Notes: generated by a model from the letters alone, not told the origin. Positions 20,323 through 31,858 are shown, counted from the stretch's first letter. The stretch is 64,000 bases of DNA from an uncultured bacterium (GCA_963845185.1 CAWJRG010000010.1:736001-800000), one strand, 5' to 3'. Numbers and translations are program-made.

Positions 20323-21917
20323 TTTGCCACCAGAAGGAATATGTCATCAGGATAAAAATGCTGTTCTTTTGACAATTTAAAATATTTGCTTATCCACGGT
20401 ATTTTTTCCACATCAGGCGGCGTTTCCAGGCTTATATTGCTGTTCCATATATACCCCATGGGCAGCCACACCTGTTTTTCACCTATCGGGTTATCCCGTA
20501 TGAACCAAACCCTTTTATAATTTTTCATGTTTTCCAAGGCTTCTTTTGCTGTAAGAGTATTCTTGTCATAGCCAGCGTAAATGTCTATATTGTATTTCTT
20601 CTTTAATATTTCGTCCTTAAGAAACCTCCACATTTCCCTTATTTTAAACCTCACCCCGCCGCCTGAAAATTCCGGTATCTCGCCCAGTATCCTGTTCTCA
20701 AAATTTGTCCTGTACATTATCCTGTTGTAAAATTCAAAAGATGAATATGAACAAACATCACTATGCACTATGGCATCGCCGTCTTTCCATTCCTTTTCCA
20801 TCTGAAGGAACTGGCTCTTGTAATCAGATTTCTGGTATTTTTCAGTAAAATAATAATTAAAAAGCGCTACGCCGTATATTGCAGTCATAACTGCAACCGC
20901 CAGCATTATTCCCTGGTCAGAAAGGTAAGATATACCGACAGCCAGTATTATCAGTACAAGAGCTGATACAAGAATAAAAAGCCTCTCGGAAAAAATAGCT
21001 TTTCCAAGTGCTATTGATATAAGCCACGGGAACATCATAAATAACAAGGATATCCAGGAAATAATTTTGATTATTTTACTGTATTTCTGCCTGTATGTAA
21101 AAATCCCCATTATCATTAAATAAATTGCTATTATAAAAGCTGCAATGGTAAGGATATTCCAGTCTATGGTAATGCCGAATAAATAATTTTTAAGCGTGTG
21201 AAAAGGCGCTAGCAGCATGCCAATATTATGATAATAAGATTGTGCTGAAAATCCCTTTAAATAAAAAATTATAATTGGCAGCAGAAAAACCGCTATTATT
21301 GCCTGTGCTTTCAGCCATAGGTTAAGGCGTATCTCTTCCCTGTAAAGTATGAATATCAAACCGTTCATTATAATCAGAAGCAAGAGAGTAAAGCTGTGAG
21401 TGTAAATGCCTATAACGCTCCAAAAAATGAATTTCCCGAACACAAAAGAATTGTATTTTATTGATATTATAAAATAGTAAACCATGAGCATTGAAACCAT
21501 GAGGAACATTGAATAGTTTCTTGCTTCCTGTGAATAATAAATCTGGTATGGGCTCAGGCAGAAAAGAAAAGCTGCAATCAGGCTTATCTGTTCGCTGAAA
21601 AAAGCCCTGACCAGCTTATAAAAAATAAACATGTTTGCTATGCCGAAACAAAGCGGCAGTACCCTGATAGAAAGCTCGCTGTAACCGAATATGCTGCAGA
21701 AAATATGCTCAAGCATGTAAAAAGTCGGCGGGTGCATGTCATTTGCCACTGAATTCCAGAAAACCACGAATAAATCCTTGCTTGCGGCAAAGCGCGCAGT
21801 GCAAAACTCATCAATCCATACGCTCTGATCCCCGAGCTTGAATATCCTCAGGATTATTCCAACCGCAAAAATCGCGATTAAAAGCATGTCGTTCTTGTTT
21901 TTTTCCTGTATTTCCAT
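20319..21917 (-). CDS. GT39/ArnT-PMT-like glycosyltransferase
   Basis: LRIFKLGDQSVWIDE, HPPTFY, YYSQEARNYS motifs. Confidence 0.85.
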   Translation of the reverse strand: MEIQEKNKNDMLLIAIFAVGIILRIFKLGDQSVWIDEFCTARFAASKDLFVVFWNSVANDMHPPTFYMLEHIFCSIFGYSELSIRVLPLCFGIANMFIFYKLVRAFFSEQISLIAAFLFCLSPYQIYYSQEARNYSMFLMVSMLMVYYFIISIKYNSFVFGKFIFWSVIGIYTHSFTLLLLIIMNGLIFILYREEIRLNLWLKAQAIIAVFLLPIIIFYLKGFSAQSYYHNIGMLLAPFHTLKNYLFGITIDWNILTIAAFIIAIYLMIMGIFTYRQKYSKIIKIISWISLLFMMFPWLISIALGKAIFSERLFILVSALVLIILAVGISYLSDQGIMLAVAVMTAIYGVALFNYYFTEKYQKSDYKSQFLQMEKEWKDGDAIVHSDVCSYSSFEFYNRIMYRTNFENRILGEIPEFSGGGVRFKIREMWRFLKDEILKKKYNIDIYAGYDKNTLTAKEALENMKNYKRVWFIRDNPIGEKQVWLPMGYIWNSNISLETPPDVEKIPWISKYFKLSKEQHFYPDDIFLLVAK

Positions 21918-23048
21918 TTATGCAAGCCCCTTGTATATTTCCAGGGTTTTTTCCGCCGCCTGCTTCCACGAAAATTTATCTGCCTGTTTAAAACCCCTTA
22001 AAATAAACGCTTGAGTCTTATTATCATTCTTTTCCAGCTCAACCATGCCTTTTACAATGTCTTCCACAGAAAATGGGTCAACAAAATATGCGGCATCGCC
22101 GGCTATTTCAGTCAGGGATGTATTGTTTGATGTAATTACCGGCAGGCCGCAGGCAAAAGCTTCCAAAATCTGCAGGCCAAAACCTTCCCATAAAGACGGG
22201 AAAAGGAAAAAAAATGCTCCGTTATAAAGCATAACCATATTCTCTTCCGGGGCATAATATGTTATTATAATATCCTGCTCAAGATTTAATTCGACTATCT
22301 TATCTTTTATGTCTGTAGTTGCTATTTCCTTTTCCCCTATTGAAGTGATTACAAGCTGGTATTTATTCCCTGACATTCCGTTAAAAATTTTAAAAGCTTC
22401 AAGTGCCCTTGTTGTATTTTTTCTCAAGTCTGCTGCCGCGCTTATAAGTACATATGGCTTGTTTATGCCGTATTTCTGCCTGACTTGATCTATTTTATCC
22501 CTGTCTCTTATCAACCTGTACTTTTGGTCAACGCCTTCTTTAATAACAGATATTTTTTCTGCAGGAATATTTATGTTTTTAATTATATCTGCCTTGGAAT
22601 ATTCGGAAACAGTTATTATATGGTCGGCTTTCCTTGCAGATAACGGCACGCTTATTTTCTTATATATATCGTGCAACCTTTGTTTTAAAGTTGGCCTTAA
22701 TATTGCCTGTTTAATGGGCCTTATAAACATGGTGTCATGTATGGTTACCAATTTTTTCCCTTTAAATAAATATGGCAGTGTATTATCGGTGCTGTGTAGT
22801 ATATCAACCTTATCCTTTTGCGCCTGCTGCGGCAGGAAAAATTGTTCATATAAAAAAGCGTTGGTTGTGTTAGCCCGCCTTATATTACATTTAACAAAAT
22901 CACCATTGTTTAACGTTGTATTTTTATCCAGATAAATATAGTACTCATTTTTTTTATCTATTTCCAGCAGATTTGACAAAAGGTTTGATATATACCTTCC
23001 AACGCCTCTCTTGAATATTATCCTAGCGTCTATTCCAATTTTCATCAA
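21918..23048 (-). CDS. GT4 (group 1) glycosyltransferase
   Basis: IGIDAR, GVGRY, VTIHD, FPSLWEGFGLQILEAFACG. Confidence 0.92.
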   Translation of the reverse strand: MMKIGIDARIIFKRGVGRYISNLLSNLLEIDKKNEYYIYLDKNTTLNNGDFVKCNIRRANTTNAFLYEQFFLPQQAQKDKVDILHSTDNTLPYLFKGKKLVTIHDTMFIRPIKQAILRPTLKQRLHDIYKKISVPLSARKADHIITVSEYSKADIIKNINIPAEKISVIKEGVDQKYRLIRDRDKIDQVRQKYGINKPYVLISAAADLRKNTTRALEAFKIFNGMSGNKYQLVITSIGEKEIATTDIKDKIVELNLEQDIIITYYAPEENMVMLYNGAFFFLFPSLWEGFGLQILEAFACGLPVITSNNTSLTEIAGDAAYFVDPFSVEDIVKGMVELEKNDNKTQAFILRGFKQADKFSWKQAAEKTLEIYKGLA

Positions 23049-23066
23049 ATATCCCTTAAAAATTTT

Positions 23067-23822
23067 TTATTTTCTTGCTGTAATTATAAAGCTTCCGCCC
23101 TTTTCGTTTAAAAAAATCCTGGCAAAAGCATCTGTTATATTTAGCATAAAAAAAACAAAACTAACTGGTAATTTTCCTATTAAATCTTCTGCAAAGTAAG
23201 GCAGCCTTAAATAATTTATTGACAATATTTGTTCAGTTTTGAATCCTGCCTTTGTTAATAAATCTGTTACCTCTTTAATATTAAAATTAAAAAGGTGGTC
23301 TTTATGCTCTTCTTCAAGCTTTTTTGCCCGTTTTTTAAATATTTTTTTGTAATAGGCGTCCTTATTAGTAAGAGTAATTATAATAATGCCATTTTCTTTA
23401 AGTGAATTAAAGGCATTGGTTATTACTTTATCGGGGGCATAGCAATGGTCAAGGACTTCCTTTATAAGCACAATGTCAAATTCATTTTTTTCATCCAGTT
23501 CCTCACCTGTGCCTCTTTTAAGAATAAAATCATCCTCTGTTATTTCATTCTTTAGCATTTGTAAAGAAGGTTCAATACCTGTGTATTTTTTTATGATATC
23601 CTGCACATTTTTGTAGAAATCGCCCCTGCCTGCTCCAATATCAAGTAAATTTACATATTCATTTTTTAAAAGCACTTCCGCGCTTATTATTTGTGCAACA
23701 ATTTTATTAAGGCGCTGCCATCTTTTTTTCATCAGGGCGTTTGCTTTTTCTGTCAGAAATTCGGTATCGTCCCAATTCTTCTGTGTTTCTTCCCACTTTT
23801 TTATTATTTCGTCATCTTTCAT
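23067..23822 (-). CDS. Class I SAM-dependent methyltransferase
   Basis: LLDIGAGRG, FDIVLIKEVLDH, LKENG. Confidence 0.85.
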   Translation of the reverse strand: MKDDEIIKKWEETQKNWDDTEFLTEKANALMKKRWQRLNKIVAQIISAEVLLKNEYVNLLDIGAGRGDFYKNVQDIIKKYTGIEPSLQMLKNEITEDDFILKRGTGEELDEKNEFDIVLIKEVLDHCYAPDKVITNAFNSLKENGIIIITLTNKDAYYKKIFKKRAKKLEEEHKDHLFNFNIKEVTDLLTKAGFKTEQILSINYLRLPYFAEDLIGKLPVSFVFFMLNITDAFARIFLNEKGGSFIITARK

Positions 23823-24732
23823 TTGCTTTTCTCTTTTCCCCGTAAATAAAGAAACCGTTGCTTAGTTGAAATATTTTCCACGGTAATTCCAAAATTTCAG
23901 CACATATCAGGGCAATAGATAATAACCAGTATGCAATTTTTCTTTTTAAATTAATCCTGTATTTTTTTAGGTCTTTTTTTTCTTGTGTCTTTATTTGCTT
24001 AATCTTTCTTATTTTCAATATATTAAACAAAATTTCATCAATTATCAATGTGAAAAAGGAATGAAAGTATTTTACTTTGATATTTTGTATTTCAAGTGAT
24101 GATAAGAAATTTTTTGTCCATTCGGGGTCCACAAAATTTTCTCTAATATGTCCCCCTTCGGAGTCAACTCCAAATTTTCCAAAAGTAAATTTCCTCAATA
24201 TCCAATGCCATGTTAAAAAATCCCTTGTTGATATTGCATAAATTAAAATTTTACCTCCTGGTTTCAGCACACGTATTATTTCTTCCAGCGTTTTCTCCTT
24301 ATTTTCAACATGTTCCAAGACATCGAATGAAATAACAGCATCAAAAAAGTTGTTTTTGTAAGGTATTTTTTCGAGCTTTGTTACATTATATTTTATATTT
24401 TTGTCTCCTGTTTGCTTTGCTCTTTTTATGGCCAGTGAGGATATATCGGCCCCATAACCTATTATTCCATATAATGCTTTAAGCTGATTAATCAATATTC
24501 CCGGCCCGCATCCGGCATCTAGAACTTTAGCTTTTTGTTTAAAATTTAGTTTTTTAATCTCCTCTTTATTCCTAATTGCTTTCAGGCTGTATCCAAGTAT
24601 TCCTGCCTCTTTTGCTTCATTAATATGTCTCTGCATATACCCGGTAAAATAATCTTTGTTTAAGTATATCGGTATGTAATTTTTTTCTCTACCATTGTAA
24701 ATTTGTTTTTGCAAATTATGCTTTTTTTCCAC
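23812..24732 (-). CDS. Class I SAM-dependent methyltransferase
   Basis: VLDAGCGPG, FDAVISFDVLEHV, RVLKPGG. Confidence 0.9.
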   Translation of the reverse strand: MEKKHNLQKQIYNGREKNYIPIYLNKDYFTGYMQRHINEAKEAGILGYSLKAIRNKEEIKKLNFKQKAKVLDAGCGPGILINQLKALYGIIGYGADISSLAIKRAKQTGDKNIKYNVTKLEKIPYKNNFFDAVISFDVLEHVENKEKTLEEIIRVLKPGGKILIYAISTRDFLTWHWILRKFTFGKFGVDSEGGHIRENFVDPEWTKNFLSSLEIQNIKVKYFHSFFTLIIDEILFNILKIRKIKQIKTQEKKDLKKYRINLKRKIAYWLLSIALICAEILELPWKIFQLSNGFFIYGEKRKANER

Positions 24733-24736
24733 TTTT

Positions 24737-25795
24737 TCACGCTTCTATTATTTTTTGCTTCTGAATGCCTTTTAAAATTTTCTCAATTATTCTTAATACA
24801 TAACCAACTTCAATATCCAGGCATTCATGCTTCCTGTTACATTCAATAAGCTCACAGCCCCGGCAGGAAGTATCTTTTATGATAACAAAGGATTTATTCC
24901 CGCATGCCATCCAGCCTTCGTAAAAAGCGGCACCGCTGAATATAGTAAGTGTTTTTTTATTAAAAACCTGCCCTATATGCACTGCAGCTGAATCTCCTCC
25001 AATAACCATAAAAGAATTCTTAATCAAACTCCCAAGTTCTTTTATATCCAATTTCCCGGCTAAATTAAGTATATTTTCCGCTTTAAATTCATTAATTCCT
25101 TTATCTTCTGCTAAACCGACAATAACAATTTTAAGCTTTTTGGAAAGATTGTCTGCTAATGTACTAAACCTTTCTATTCCCCAATCTTTGGATATATGAC
25201 CGGAAACCGGATGAATTACAATATAATTGTGTATTTTATTTTCTTTTAATATGGATTTGACTTTTTTTTCTGACTCTTTTGATATTGAAAATCCAAATTT
25301 TATTTCTGGTTTTTTAGTTATTCCCAGGTACTTTAAAATCGCAAAATTTTTAAATATTTCATGATCTTTTTTATCTGGCAATTTAATTTTTGTGTCTATC
25401 CCGAATCCCATACTTTTGACATTATAACCAAATTTATTTTTTGCTTTTGAAAGCGACATAATCAACGAGGTAAGCCGGTCCTGGTACCTCATTCCTATTA
25501 AAATATCAAATTTTTCTTTGTTTATAATACTGACAAATCTCAAAGCAGACAATATTCTTTTTATTAATGATACTTTTTTGTATTTCAGCCAAAGTGGGTC
25601 TATTATTTTTATATCATTAAATAGATTTAAGCCGTCAAGTACTTCCCTGCCGGCTGGGCTTAAAAAGGCAGTGATATTGGCATGTTTGAAGTTTTTTCTT
25701 AATTCAAAAAAAAATGGGGATGCAAGCACTGCATCCCCTATATTATCGGTTTTAATAACCCCGATTTTTAGGCTTTTCATCTTTTTAGTTTGCAT
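24737..25795 (-). CDS. GT9 (LPS heptosyltransferase-like) glycosyltransferase
   Basis: DNIGDAVL, IHP...KDW, GGDSAAVHI, C-terminal CxxC. Confidence 0.88.
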   Translation of the reverse strand: MQTKKMKSLKIGVIKTDNIGDAVLASPFFFELRKNFKHANITAFLSPAGREVLDGLNLFNDIKIIDPLWLKYKKVSLIKRILSALRFVSIINKEKFDILIGMRYQDRLTSLIMSLSKAKNKFGYNVKSMGFGIDTKIKLPDKKDHEIFKNFAILKYLGITKKPEIKFGFSISKESEKKVKSILKENKIHNYIVIHPVSGHISKDWGIERFSTLADNLSKKLKIVIVGLAEDKGINEFKAENILNLAGKLDIKELGSLIKNSFMVIGGDSAAVHIGQVFNKKTLTIFSGAAFYEGWMACGNKSFVIIKDTSCRGCELIECNRKHECLDIEVGYVLRIIEKILKGIQKQKIIEA

Positions 25796-25806
25796 AAGGT
25801 ATCCTT

Positions 25807-27546
25807 TTAATCAAGGAATCCTTTTAAATTTTTTGCCCTTGCTGGATGACGTAATTTTCTTAATGCTTTTGCTTCAATCTGTCTTACTCTTTCCCTTGTG
25901 ACTTTAAATATTTTACCGACTTCTTCAAGTGTATGAGGTACTCCGTCTCCGATTCCAAACCTTAACCTTAAAACTTCCGCTTCCCTGTCTTTTAAGCTGT
26001 GAAGTACCTTTTCAATCTGCTCTTTTAAAAGCACGTTAACTGCTGCTGAAGCCGGAGAAATTGCCTCTTTATCTTCAATAAAATCGCCTAGATTGGAATC
26101 TTTTTCCTCTCCTATAGGAGTTTCAAGGGATATTGGGTGCTGGGATATTCTTAAAACTGCCCTGACCTTTTCAATTGACATTCCCATCTTTTTTCCCAGT
26201 TCCTCAGGTTTAGGTTCCCTGCCTGACTGCTGGACAAATATCCGCGCGACTTTATTAAGTTTATTTATCGTTTCTATCATATGGACTGGGATTCTTATTG
26301 TTCTTGCCTGATCTGCTATTGCCCTAGTTATGGCCTGGCGTATCCACCATGTCGCGTACGTACTGAATTTATAACCGCGTTTATATTCAAACCTCTCGAC
26401 AGCCCTCATCAAGCCAATATTGCCTTCCTGGATTAAATCAAGGAATGAAAGTCCTTTATTTAGATATTTTTTTGCGATGCTTACAACCAGCCTGAGGTTT
26501 GCAACAACCAATTCTTTCCTTGTTCTCCGCGCCTCTTCCATATTTCTGCGTATAATGCTTGCTAACTTCTTTAAATCCTCCTTTTTCATATCTATTATTT
26601 CTTCTTCTTTATGGATATTGTTTAAAATAATTTTTACTTTTTCAAGCTGCTTTTTAAACTCATTTTTTTTCACTTTGGACTTTTTTAAAAATTTTTTAAG
26701 CATATTTTTGTTTTTAAGCATTATCTTTATTTCAAATACTTTTTTCCCTATTTTATTTTCAACTTCGGCTTGTTCTTTTTCTTCCTTATTTACTTTCTCT
26801 GCAATGTTAAGGGTTTTCTTGGCAATTATATTTATCTGATCGTTATTAAGCTTGAGCATATGCAGATAATCCCTTTTCTTTTTCTTAAATAGTTCCAGTT
26901 TTCTCCCAAGCCTGGTCTTTTTGGTGTCTTTTATCCTGCTGTTTTTCAACCGGTCTTTAATATTCTCTATTTCTTTCTCCATCTTTTCCGCTTGCAGTAT
27001 ATATTTATTAAATCTTTCCTGCAGGCGTTTTTCAATTGATGGGGGAATATCGCCTTCGAGTTTTGTTTTTATTATATCTGTTATTCTTATTGTCCCTTTT
27101 TTAAGATCGTCATTTATCTTTCCAAGTTCTTCAAAACCGATTTTTGTGTCAAATAAAGCATTTTTAACATTTATCTCAGCGTTTTCGATTTTTTTTGCTA
27201 GTCTTACTTCATCTTCTCTTCTTTCAAGTAAAGGCACCTTTCCCATTTCATGGAGATACATCTGAACAGGATCTGCTGAAAAGCCTTCTTCATCAAGGAA
27301 TTCCATATCCTCTGTCTTTTCGGCTGTTTTTCCGGATAAAATCTTGTCAATTTTACCCTCTTCCCTTATTTCAATATCCATTTCATCCATTATATTAAGC
27401 ATATCATCTATGTCTTCAACAGATGTAAAATCTCCAGGCAAAGAATCATTCAGTTCTTCATAGGTTAAAAAACCCTTTTCCTTGCCCCTTTTTATCAATT
27501 CCTGTACTTCAGGTAGATTTTTAAGGTTTTTACTCAATTTTTCCAC
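25807..27546 (-). CDS. rpoD: RNA polymerase primary sigma factor
   Basis: Region 1.1, [68 protein letters not shown]. Confidence 0.98.
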   Translation of the reverse strand: MEKLSKNLKNLPEVQELIKRGKEKGFLTYEELNDSLPGDFTSVEDIDDMLNIMDEMDIEIREEGKIDKILSGKTAEKTEDMEFLDEEGFSADPVQMYLHEMGKVPLLERREDEVRLAKKIENAEINVKNALFDTKIGFEELGKINDDLKKGTIRITDIIKTKLEGDIPPSIEKRLQERFNKYILQAEKMEKEIENIKDRLKNSRIKDTKKTRLGRKLELFKKKKRDYLHMLKLNNDQINIIAKKTLNIAEKVNKEEKEQAEVENKIGKKVFEIKIMLKNKNMLKKFLKKSKVKKNEFKKQLEKVKIILNNIHKEEEIIDMKKEDLKKLASIIRRNMEEARRTRKELVVANLRLVVSIAKKYLNKGLSFLDLIQEGNIGLMRAVERFEYKRGYKFSTYATWWIRQAITRAIADQARTIRIPVHMIETINKLNKVARIFVQQSGREPKPEELGKKMGMSIEKVRAVLRISQHPISLETPIGEEKDSNLGDFIEDKEAISPASAAVNVLLKEQIEKVLHSLKDREAEVLRLRFGIGDGVPHTLEEVGKIFKVTRERVRQIEAKALRKLRHPARAKNLKGFLD

Positions 27547-29357
27547 CTCGTCTGCTGCAATAATTTTTGAAATTCTTGTTTTTGTTTTAAATAATCTTCT
27601 AGTTCTGTAAGTTTGTTTTGTCTTTCTGCTTCTTTTATTCTGTCGTTCAACATAATAATCTGCCGGCTAATCTTCTCCTTATTTATTTTTGCATAACAAT
27701 CGTCAATTATTTGAACACTGCTTTCAGTGTTCTTTTTATTTTTGGTTGTCTTGTCTGATGCTTTCTCTTCACTCTCAGCCAGTAGTTCTGCTATTATTTT
27801 ATTTGCTTCTTCCTTGTCAATATAGTCTGTTTCAATTTTTTTTAAAACTTCCGTTTCTCCATTTTTAAAATATTCCTCTATTTTTTTTAAAATTTCTGCG
27901 TACAATTTATGCCTGAAATCTTCATATGAAATTTCCATTAATTCTTTCTTGCTTATAACATGTTTTAAAATCAAATATTCATCCTCCTTATTAAAGGCGC
28001 TTAATGCTATACTTAGCAACATTTTTTCAGCCATAATAATGCCTCTTTCTTTCATGGTTTCTTCCTGCGGCATTGCTGGTTCAATGTTATTTTTCCTTAT
28101 TAAATCTTTATTAAAGTATGAGTTTATTATTTCCTCGGATAAATTTAATTTTTCGGCTAATTTTTTAATGCCCTGGTTCTTTACAATTAGATTATCAACC
28201 TTTTCAAGCATAGGCAAAACATCTTTAATCACTTTTTCTTTGTAATAAACATTCTTAATATCGCCTTTCTTCGCCAGATAATCAAGTTTAAAATCTATAA
28301 AAGGAAATGAATTTTTAATATGTTCAACCAGTGCGTTTGCCCCAAATTTTTTAATAAAATCGTCAGGATCTTTGCAATTTTCAAAATGTACTACAAAACA
28401 TTCAATTCCTTCAGTAAACAATACTTCTCCTCCCCGCACTGAACCTAGTATTCCGGCGTCGTCCATATCGTACATTAAAACAACTTTATTTACATACCTT
28501 TTCAAAAGTTTTGCCTGTTCTTGAGTTAAGGCCGTGCCAAGCGTTGCTACCACATTTTTAATGCCGTGCCTGTAAAGGGCTATTGCATCCATATATCCTT
28601 CAACGATTACGATATAATCTTCCTTGTATTTTCTGGCGTTGTTTAAATTATATAAGTTTTTACCTTTTATATATATTTCTGTTTCTTTTAAATTAATATA
28701 TTTTGGCAACGAGTCGTCAAGCACCCTTCCACCAAACGCAATAATTTCACCATAAACATTCAAAATTGGAAATATAAGTCTGCCTCTGAAAACGTCCCAT
28801 ATCCCGTTTTCTCTACGCTGGCTCATTCCTGATTTTAATATTACTTCATCATTTTTGAATTTTTCTTTAAGTATGTTGTAAAGGCTTGCTTGATTCTTTA
28901 GGGCATATCCTAGCTGAAATTCATCAATCGTAGCTGTATCTATTTGCCTGCTTTTTATATAATTAGCAACTTCGTTATTTTCATTTATGTTTTTTTTATA
29001 AAAATTCATTGCTTCTTTATATATTTCCATGAATTTTTCTTTCAAATCCTGCTTTTGGCTATTCTGCACAAAATCAAGTTCTATATTGGCCTTTTTTGCC
29101 AGAAACTTTACGCTTTCAATGAACGGGACATTTTCAATTTTTTCAATAAAGGTAAAAACGTTGCCACCCGCGCCGCATCCAAAACAATGATAAATCTGCT
29201 TTTCGGGACTTACTATAAACGAAGGCGTTTTTTCCTGATGAAAGGGGCAAAGCGCCTTATAATTGTTCCCTGTCTTTTTTAAAGACAATCTCTCTGAAAT
29301 AACATCGACAATGTCATTTGCATTTTTAATTTCTTCTATTTTCTCCGGAGAAATCAA
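27534..29357 (-). CDS. dnaG: DNA primase
   Basis: [11 protein letters not shown]...CFGCG zinc finger, FGGR, PKYIN, VEGYMD, YDMDDAG Toprim. Confidence 0.97.
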   Translation of the reverse strand: MISPEKIEEIKNANDIVDVISERLSLKKTGNNYKALCPFHQEKTPSFIVSPEKQIYHCFGCGAGGNVFTFIEKIENVPFIESVKFLAKKANIELDFVQNSQKQDLKEKFMEIYKEAMNFYKKNINENNEVANYIKSRQIDTATIDEFQLGYALKNQASLYNILKEKFKNDEVILKSGMSQRRENGIWDVFRGRLIFPILNVYGEIIAFGGRVLDDSLPKYINLKETEIYIKGKNLYNLNNARKYKEDYIVIVEGYMDAIALYRHGIKNVVATLGTALTQEQAKLLKRYVNKVVLMYDMDDAGILGSVRGGEVLFTEGIECFVVHFENCKDPDDFIKKFGANALVEHIKNSFPFIDFKLDYLAKKGDIKNVYYKEKVIKDVLPMLEKVDNLIVKNQGIKKLAEKLNLSEEIINSYFNKDLIRKNNIEPAMPQEETMKERGIIMAEKMLLSIALSAFNKEDEYLILKHVISKKELMEISYEDFRHKLYAEILKKIEEYFKNGETEVLKKIETDYIDKEEANKIIAELLAESEEKASDKTTKNKKNTESSVQIIDDCYAKINKEKISRQIIMLNDRIKEAERQNKLTELEDYLKQKQEFQKLLQQTRWKN

Positions 29358-29373
29358 ATTTGCTCCTCTGTAA

Positions 29374-29832
29374 TCATTTTTTGCCGTTTATAATTTTAAA
29401 AAGCGACTTTATGAGCCTGTCTTTGTCTTCTTTACTGTACGCTCTGGGACCTTTAATCTTTACAGCCTTGCCTTTTTTACTTCTTCTCAGTCTTTTTTTT
29501 ATATGAAGTTCCTGGAATTTTATTTCTAGGTCTTTTTCGTTTAATATACTGCCATTGGAATTAATCACGTACACGCCTTTTCCAGCGAGAAAAAGCCCGA
29601 GTCCTGTGTCATTTGTGATTGCTACGTCGCCGGCTTCAGCAATATTCATGATTTTAATATCTGCTTCTTGTTTTCTGTTATCCACAAGCACAACTCGCGC
29701 TTTTTGTAACTCCGGCTTTTCGGAAAAATGCGCAACGCTCGTGACAATAATAACTTCCAAGCCGCTTTTTACGCCTACCTCTATTATTTCCTCTTTTAAC
29801 GGTTGGGCATCTCCGTCAACTATAATTTTCAT
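29374..29832 (-). CDS. YaiI/YqxD (DUF188) family protein
   Basis: IIVDGDA, EADIKI, GDVAITND, KGPRAYS. Position upstream of dnaG is typical. Confidence 0.85.
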   Translation of the reverse strand: MKIIVDGDAQPLKEEIIEVGVKSGLEVIIVTSVAHFSEKPELQKARVVLVDNRKQEADIKIMNIAEAGDVAITNDTGLGLFLAGKGVYVINSNGSILNEKDLEIKFQELHIKKRLRRSKKGKAVKIKGPRAYSKEDKDRLIKSLFKIINGKK

Positions 29833-30786
29833 TTATCTCTTTATTCTTATGAAACCTGATGTCTCGTATATCTTTAAATTTCCGGTCTGTTTTTCAATCT
29901 CGTCAAAAAGTATGTTCATTCCGAGGCTGTCTGAGGATATATGTCCGGCCACAACTGCATTTAAATTTGCTTCCTCTAAAGCCTTTTTATGGTCAGGTGA
30001 AAAATGCATGCCGACCACTGTGTCGACACCAGCAAGAGAAAGCCTCCTGTAGATCTCCTTCGGCCCCTCGGTCCCGCCTGTCATATCCACAAAAATTTTG
30101 CTTGTCTTTCTTTTCTTGTCCCCGACAAGCAGTGCAGGCCCTGAACCGCGCTTTGTATACTCCTGGTACTCAGGTTCTTGCATTAGCATATCAATTATAT
30201 CTCCAATTGTTTTTGGTTTTTCAGTATCAAATTTTTTCTGCAAATATGTAGCCACACAGTTGTCCGCCGGCGTATGCGCATTCATTATTTGAATGTTCAA
30301 AAGCCGTGCCGCGTCATAGGTCCTGTAATGGTTAGCGGCCATTACCTTTTCGCGCACTTCTTTTTTCCTCTTTGATATCAAGTCTTCGGCTGCGGATATT
30401 GTAACACCAAAATTTCTAAATATATCAGCCTGCATATCCATGACATCATAAAAATTCGCATATGCTTTTGCCTCTGGATGGTGTGCAAATACAAGGTCTA
30501 TTTTTATGCCTTTTTCTTTCATCCTTTCGGCCAACAGTATTTCCCCTACTTCCATGTCTATGCCAGCAAGTATTGTCTTAATTTCTTCATTTGTATCAAA
30601 AACAATTCTCGTATCAGCGTAAGGATTTGTCAATTTTTCCTTGTCATAATATTGTTTCTCTTTTTCAGAAAGCGCGTTGTAGCTTTTCTCCTCGCTTTTT
30701 AGGAATTCCTGTACTTCTTTCTCGCCCCTCGGGTCGTTTTTTATACCAAAAGTGTACGCAATTTTATAAATTTCAGTTAATTTCAT
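29833..30786 (-). CDS. NIF3 (NGG1p-interacting factor 3)-like protein
   Basis: NPYADTR, AHHPE, HTPADN, DMTGGTEG, AGHISSDSLG. Confidence 0.85.
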   Translation of the reverse strand: MKLTEIYKIAYTFGIKNDPRGEKEVQEFLKSEEKSYNALSEKEKQYYDKEKLTNPYADTRIVFDTNEEIKTILAGIDMEVGEILLAERMKEKGIKIDLVFAHHPEAKAYANFYDVMDMQADIFRNFGVTISAAEDLISKRKKEVREKVMAANHYRTYDAARLLNIQIMNAHTPADNCVATYLQKKFDTEKPKTIGDIIDMLMQEPEYQEYTKRGSGPALLVGDKKRKTSKIFVDMTGGTEGPKEIYRRLSLAGVDTVVGMHFSPDHKKALEEANLNAVVAGHISSDSLGMNILFDEIEKQTGNLKIYETSGFIRIKR

Positions 30787-31379
30787 TCTTTTTTCTCCTT
30801 TACCGGGACCGAAATAAATTTATTCCCATTTATTATAAACCGCCATTTCTTGCCCAGTCCCTGCTTTATTCCTATTCTGTTTGTTGCTGTTATTCTAACC
30901 TTTTCATTTACCGGGCCTAAGGCAACGTATATATAACCAGATGTCAAATCCATGCCGTTTTCTGCTTTTCCTATTTTAAGCGCCTGGGTCAATTTCCCGG
31001 GGCCGTTTGTCAGGAGCCTGATGTCGTCGGTTTTTCTGTTTTTCTTCATTTCATGTATGCCTGATACCGGCTCCAGAGCCCTTATTAAAACAGCACCTGC
31101 AGTCCCTTCTTTTTCCGTGACTATATTAAACAAGTAGTGATTTCCATAACAAAAATATACATAAGCGTAACCAGGCGGGCCGAACATTATTGAATTTCTT
31201 TTAGTTTTTTTCCTGTATGCGTGGCTGCCGGGGTCATTTTGGCCTCTGTACGCCTCCACTTCCACAATTTTTCCGGCAAGTACTTCCCCTTTATATATTC
31301 TGAACAGGTATTTACCAAGTAAATTTTTTGCTACAATTAAGGTATTTTTGTTAAAGAAGTTTCTATTGAGTTTTTTCAG
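30783..31379 (-). CDS. DNA-3-methyladenine glycosylase (MPG/AAG family)
   Basis: IVEVEAY, MFGPPGYAYVYFCYG, AVLIRALEP, NGPGKLTQAL, RIGI. The conserved N-terminus (RNFFNKNTLIVAKNLLGKYL) extends upstream of the listed ORF to a probable CTG start at 31379 or 31400. Confidence 0.9.
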   Translation of the reverse strand: MKKLNRNFFNKNTLIVAKNLLGKYLFRIYKGEVLAGKIVEVEAYRGQNDPGSHAYRKKTKRNSIMFGPPGYAYVYFCYGNHYLFNIVTEKEGTAGAVLIRALEPVSGIHEMKKNRKTDDIRLLTNGPGKLTQALKIGKAENGMDLTSGYIYVALGPVNEKVRITATNRIGIKQGLGKKWRFIINGNKFISVPVKEKKE

Positions 31380-31408
31380 TTTTAAGGAAATGAATTTCAG
31401 CCCTTCCT

Positions 31409-31858
31409 TTAAGCTTTTGGTAATACTTCTTTTACTATAGCGTTAATTTTATTACCGTCCGCTTTTCCTTTGACCTTCGGCATTATTTTTCCCATTACTT
31501 TTCCCATGTCCTTTACTGTCACATTGCCAAATTCTTTTATTGTTTCATCAACAATCTTTTTTATTTCTTCATCGGACAGCTGCTCAGGCAGGTACTGCTT
31601 TAATACCTGCATTTCCGATTCTTCTTTTTCCACAAGGTCATGCCTATTGCCTTTTCTAAAGCTCTCTATTGATTCATTATGGGATTTGACAATGGAAAAA
31701 ATGACCTCTCCTATTTCCTCATCAGTCAAAGTTTTCCCTTTTTTTATCTCGGTATTGGTAATTCCCGTTTTGATTTGCCTTAGTGTGCTTACTTTCAGTT
31801 CTTGCTTTGCTTTTAAGGCTGTTTTTAGGTCGTCGTTTATTTTATCGAGTAAACTCAT
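31409..31858 (-). CDS. yqeY: GatB/YqeY domain protein
   Basis: DLKTALKAK, YLPEQLSDEE, DMGKVMGKIMPKVKGKADG. Follows rpsU. Confidence 0.9.
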   Translation of the reverse strand: MSLLDKINDDLKTALKAKQELKVSTLRQIKTGITNTEIKKGKTLTDEEIGEVIFSIVKSHNESIESFRKGNRHDLVEKEESEMQVLKQYLPEQLSDEEIKKIVDETIKEFGNVTVKDMGKVMGKIMPKVKGKADGNKINAIVKEVLPKA

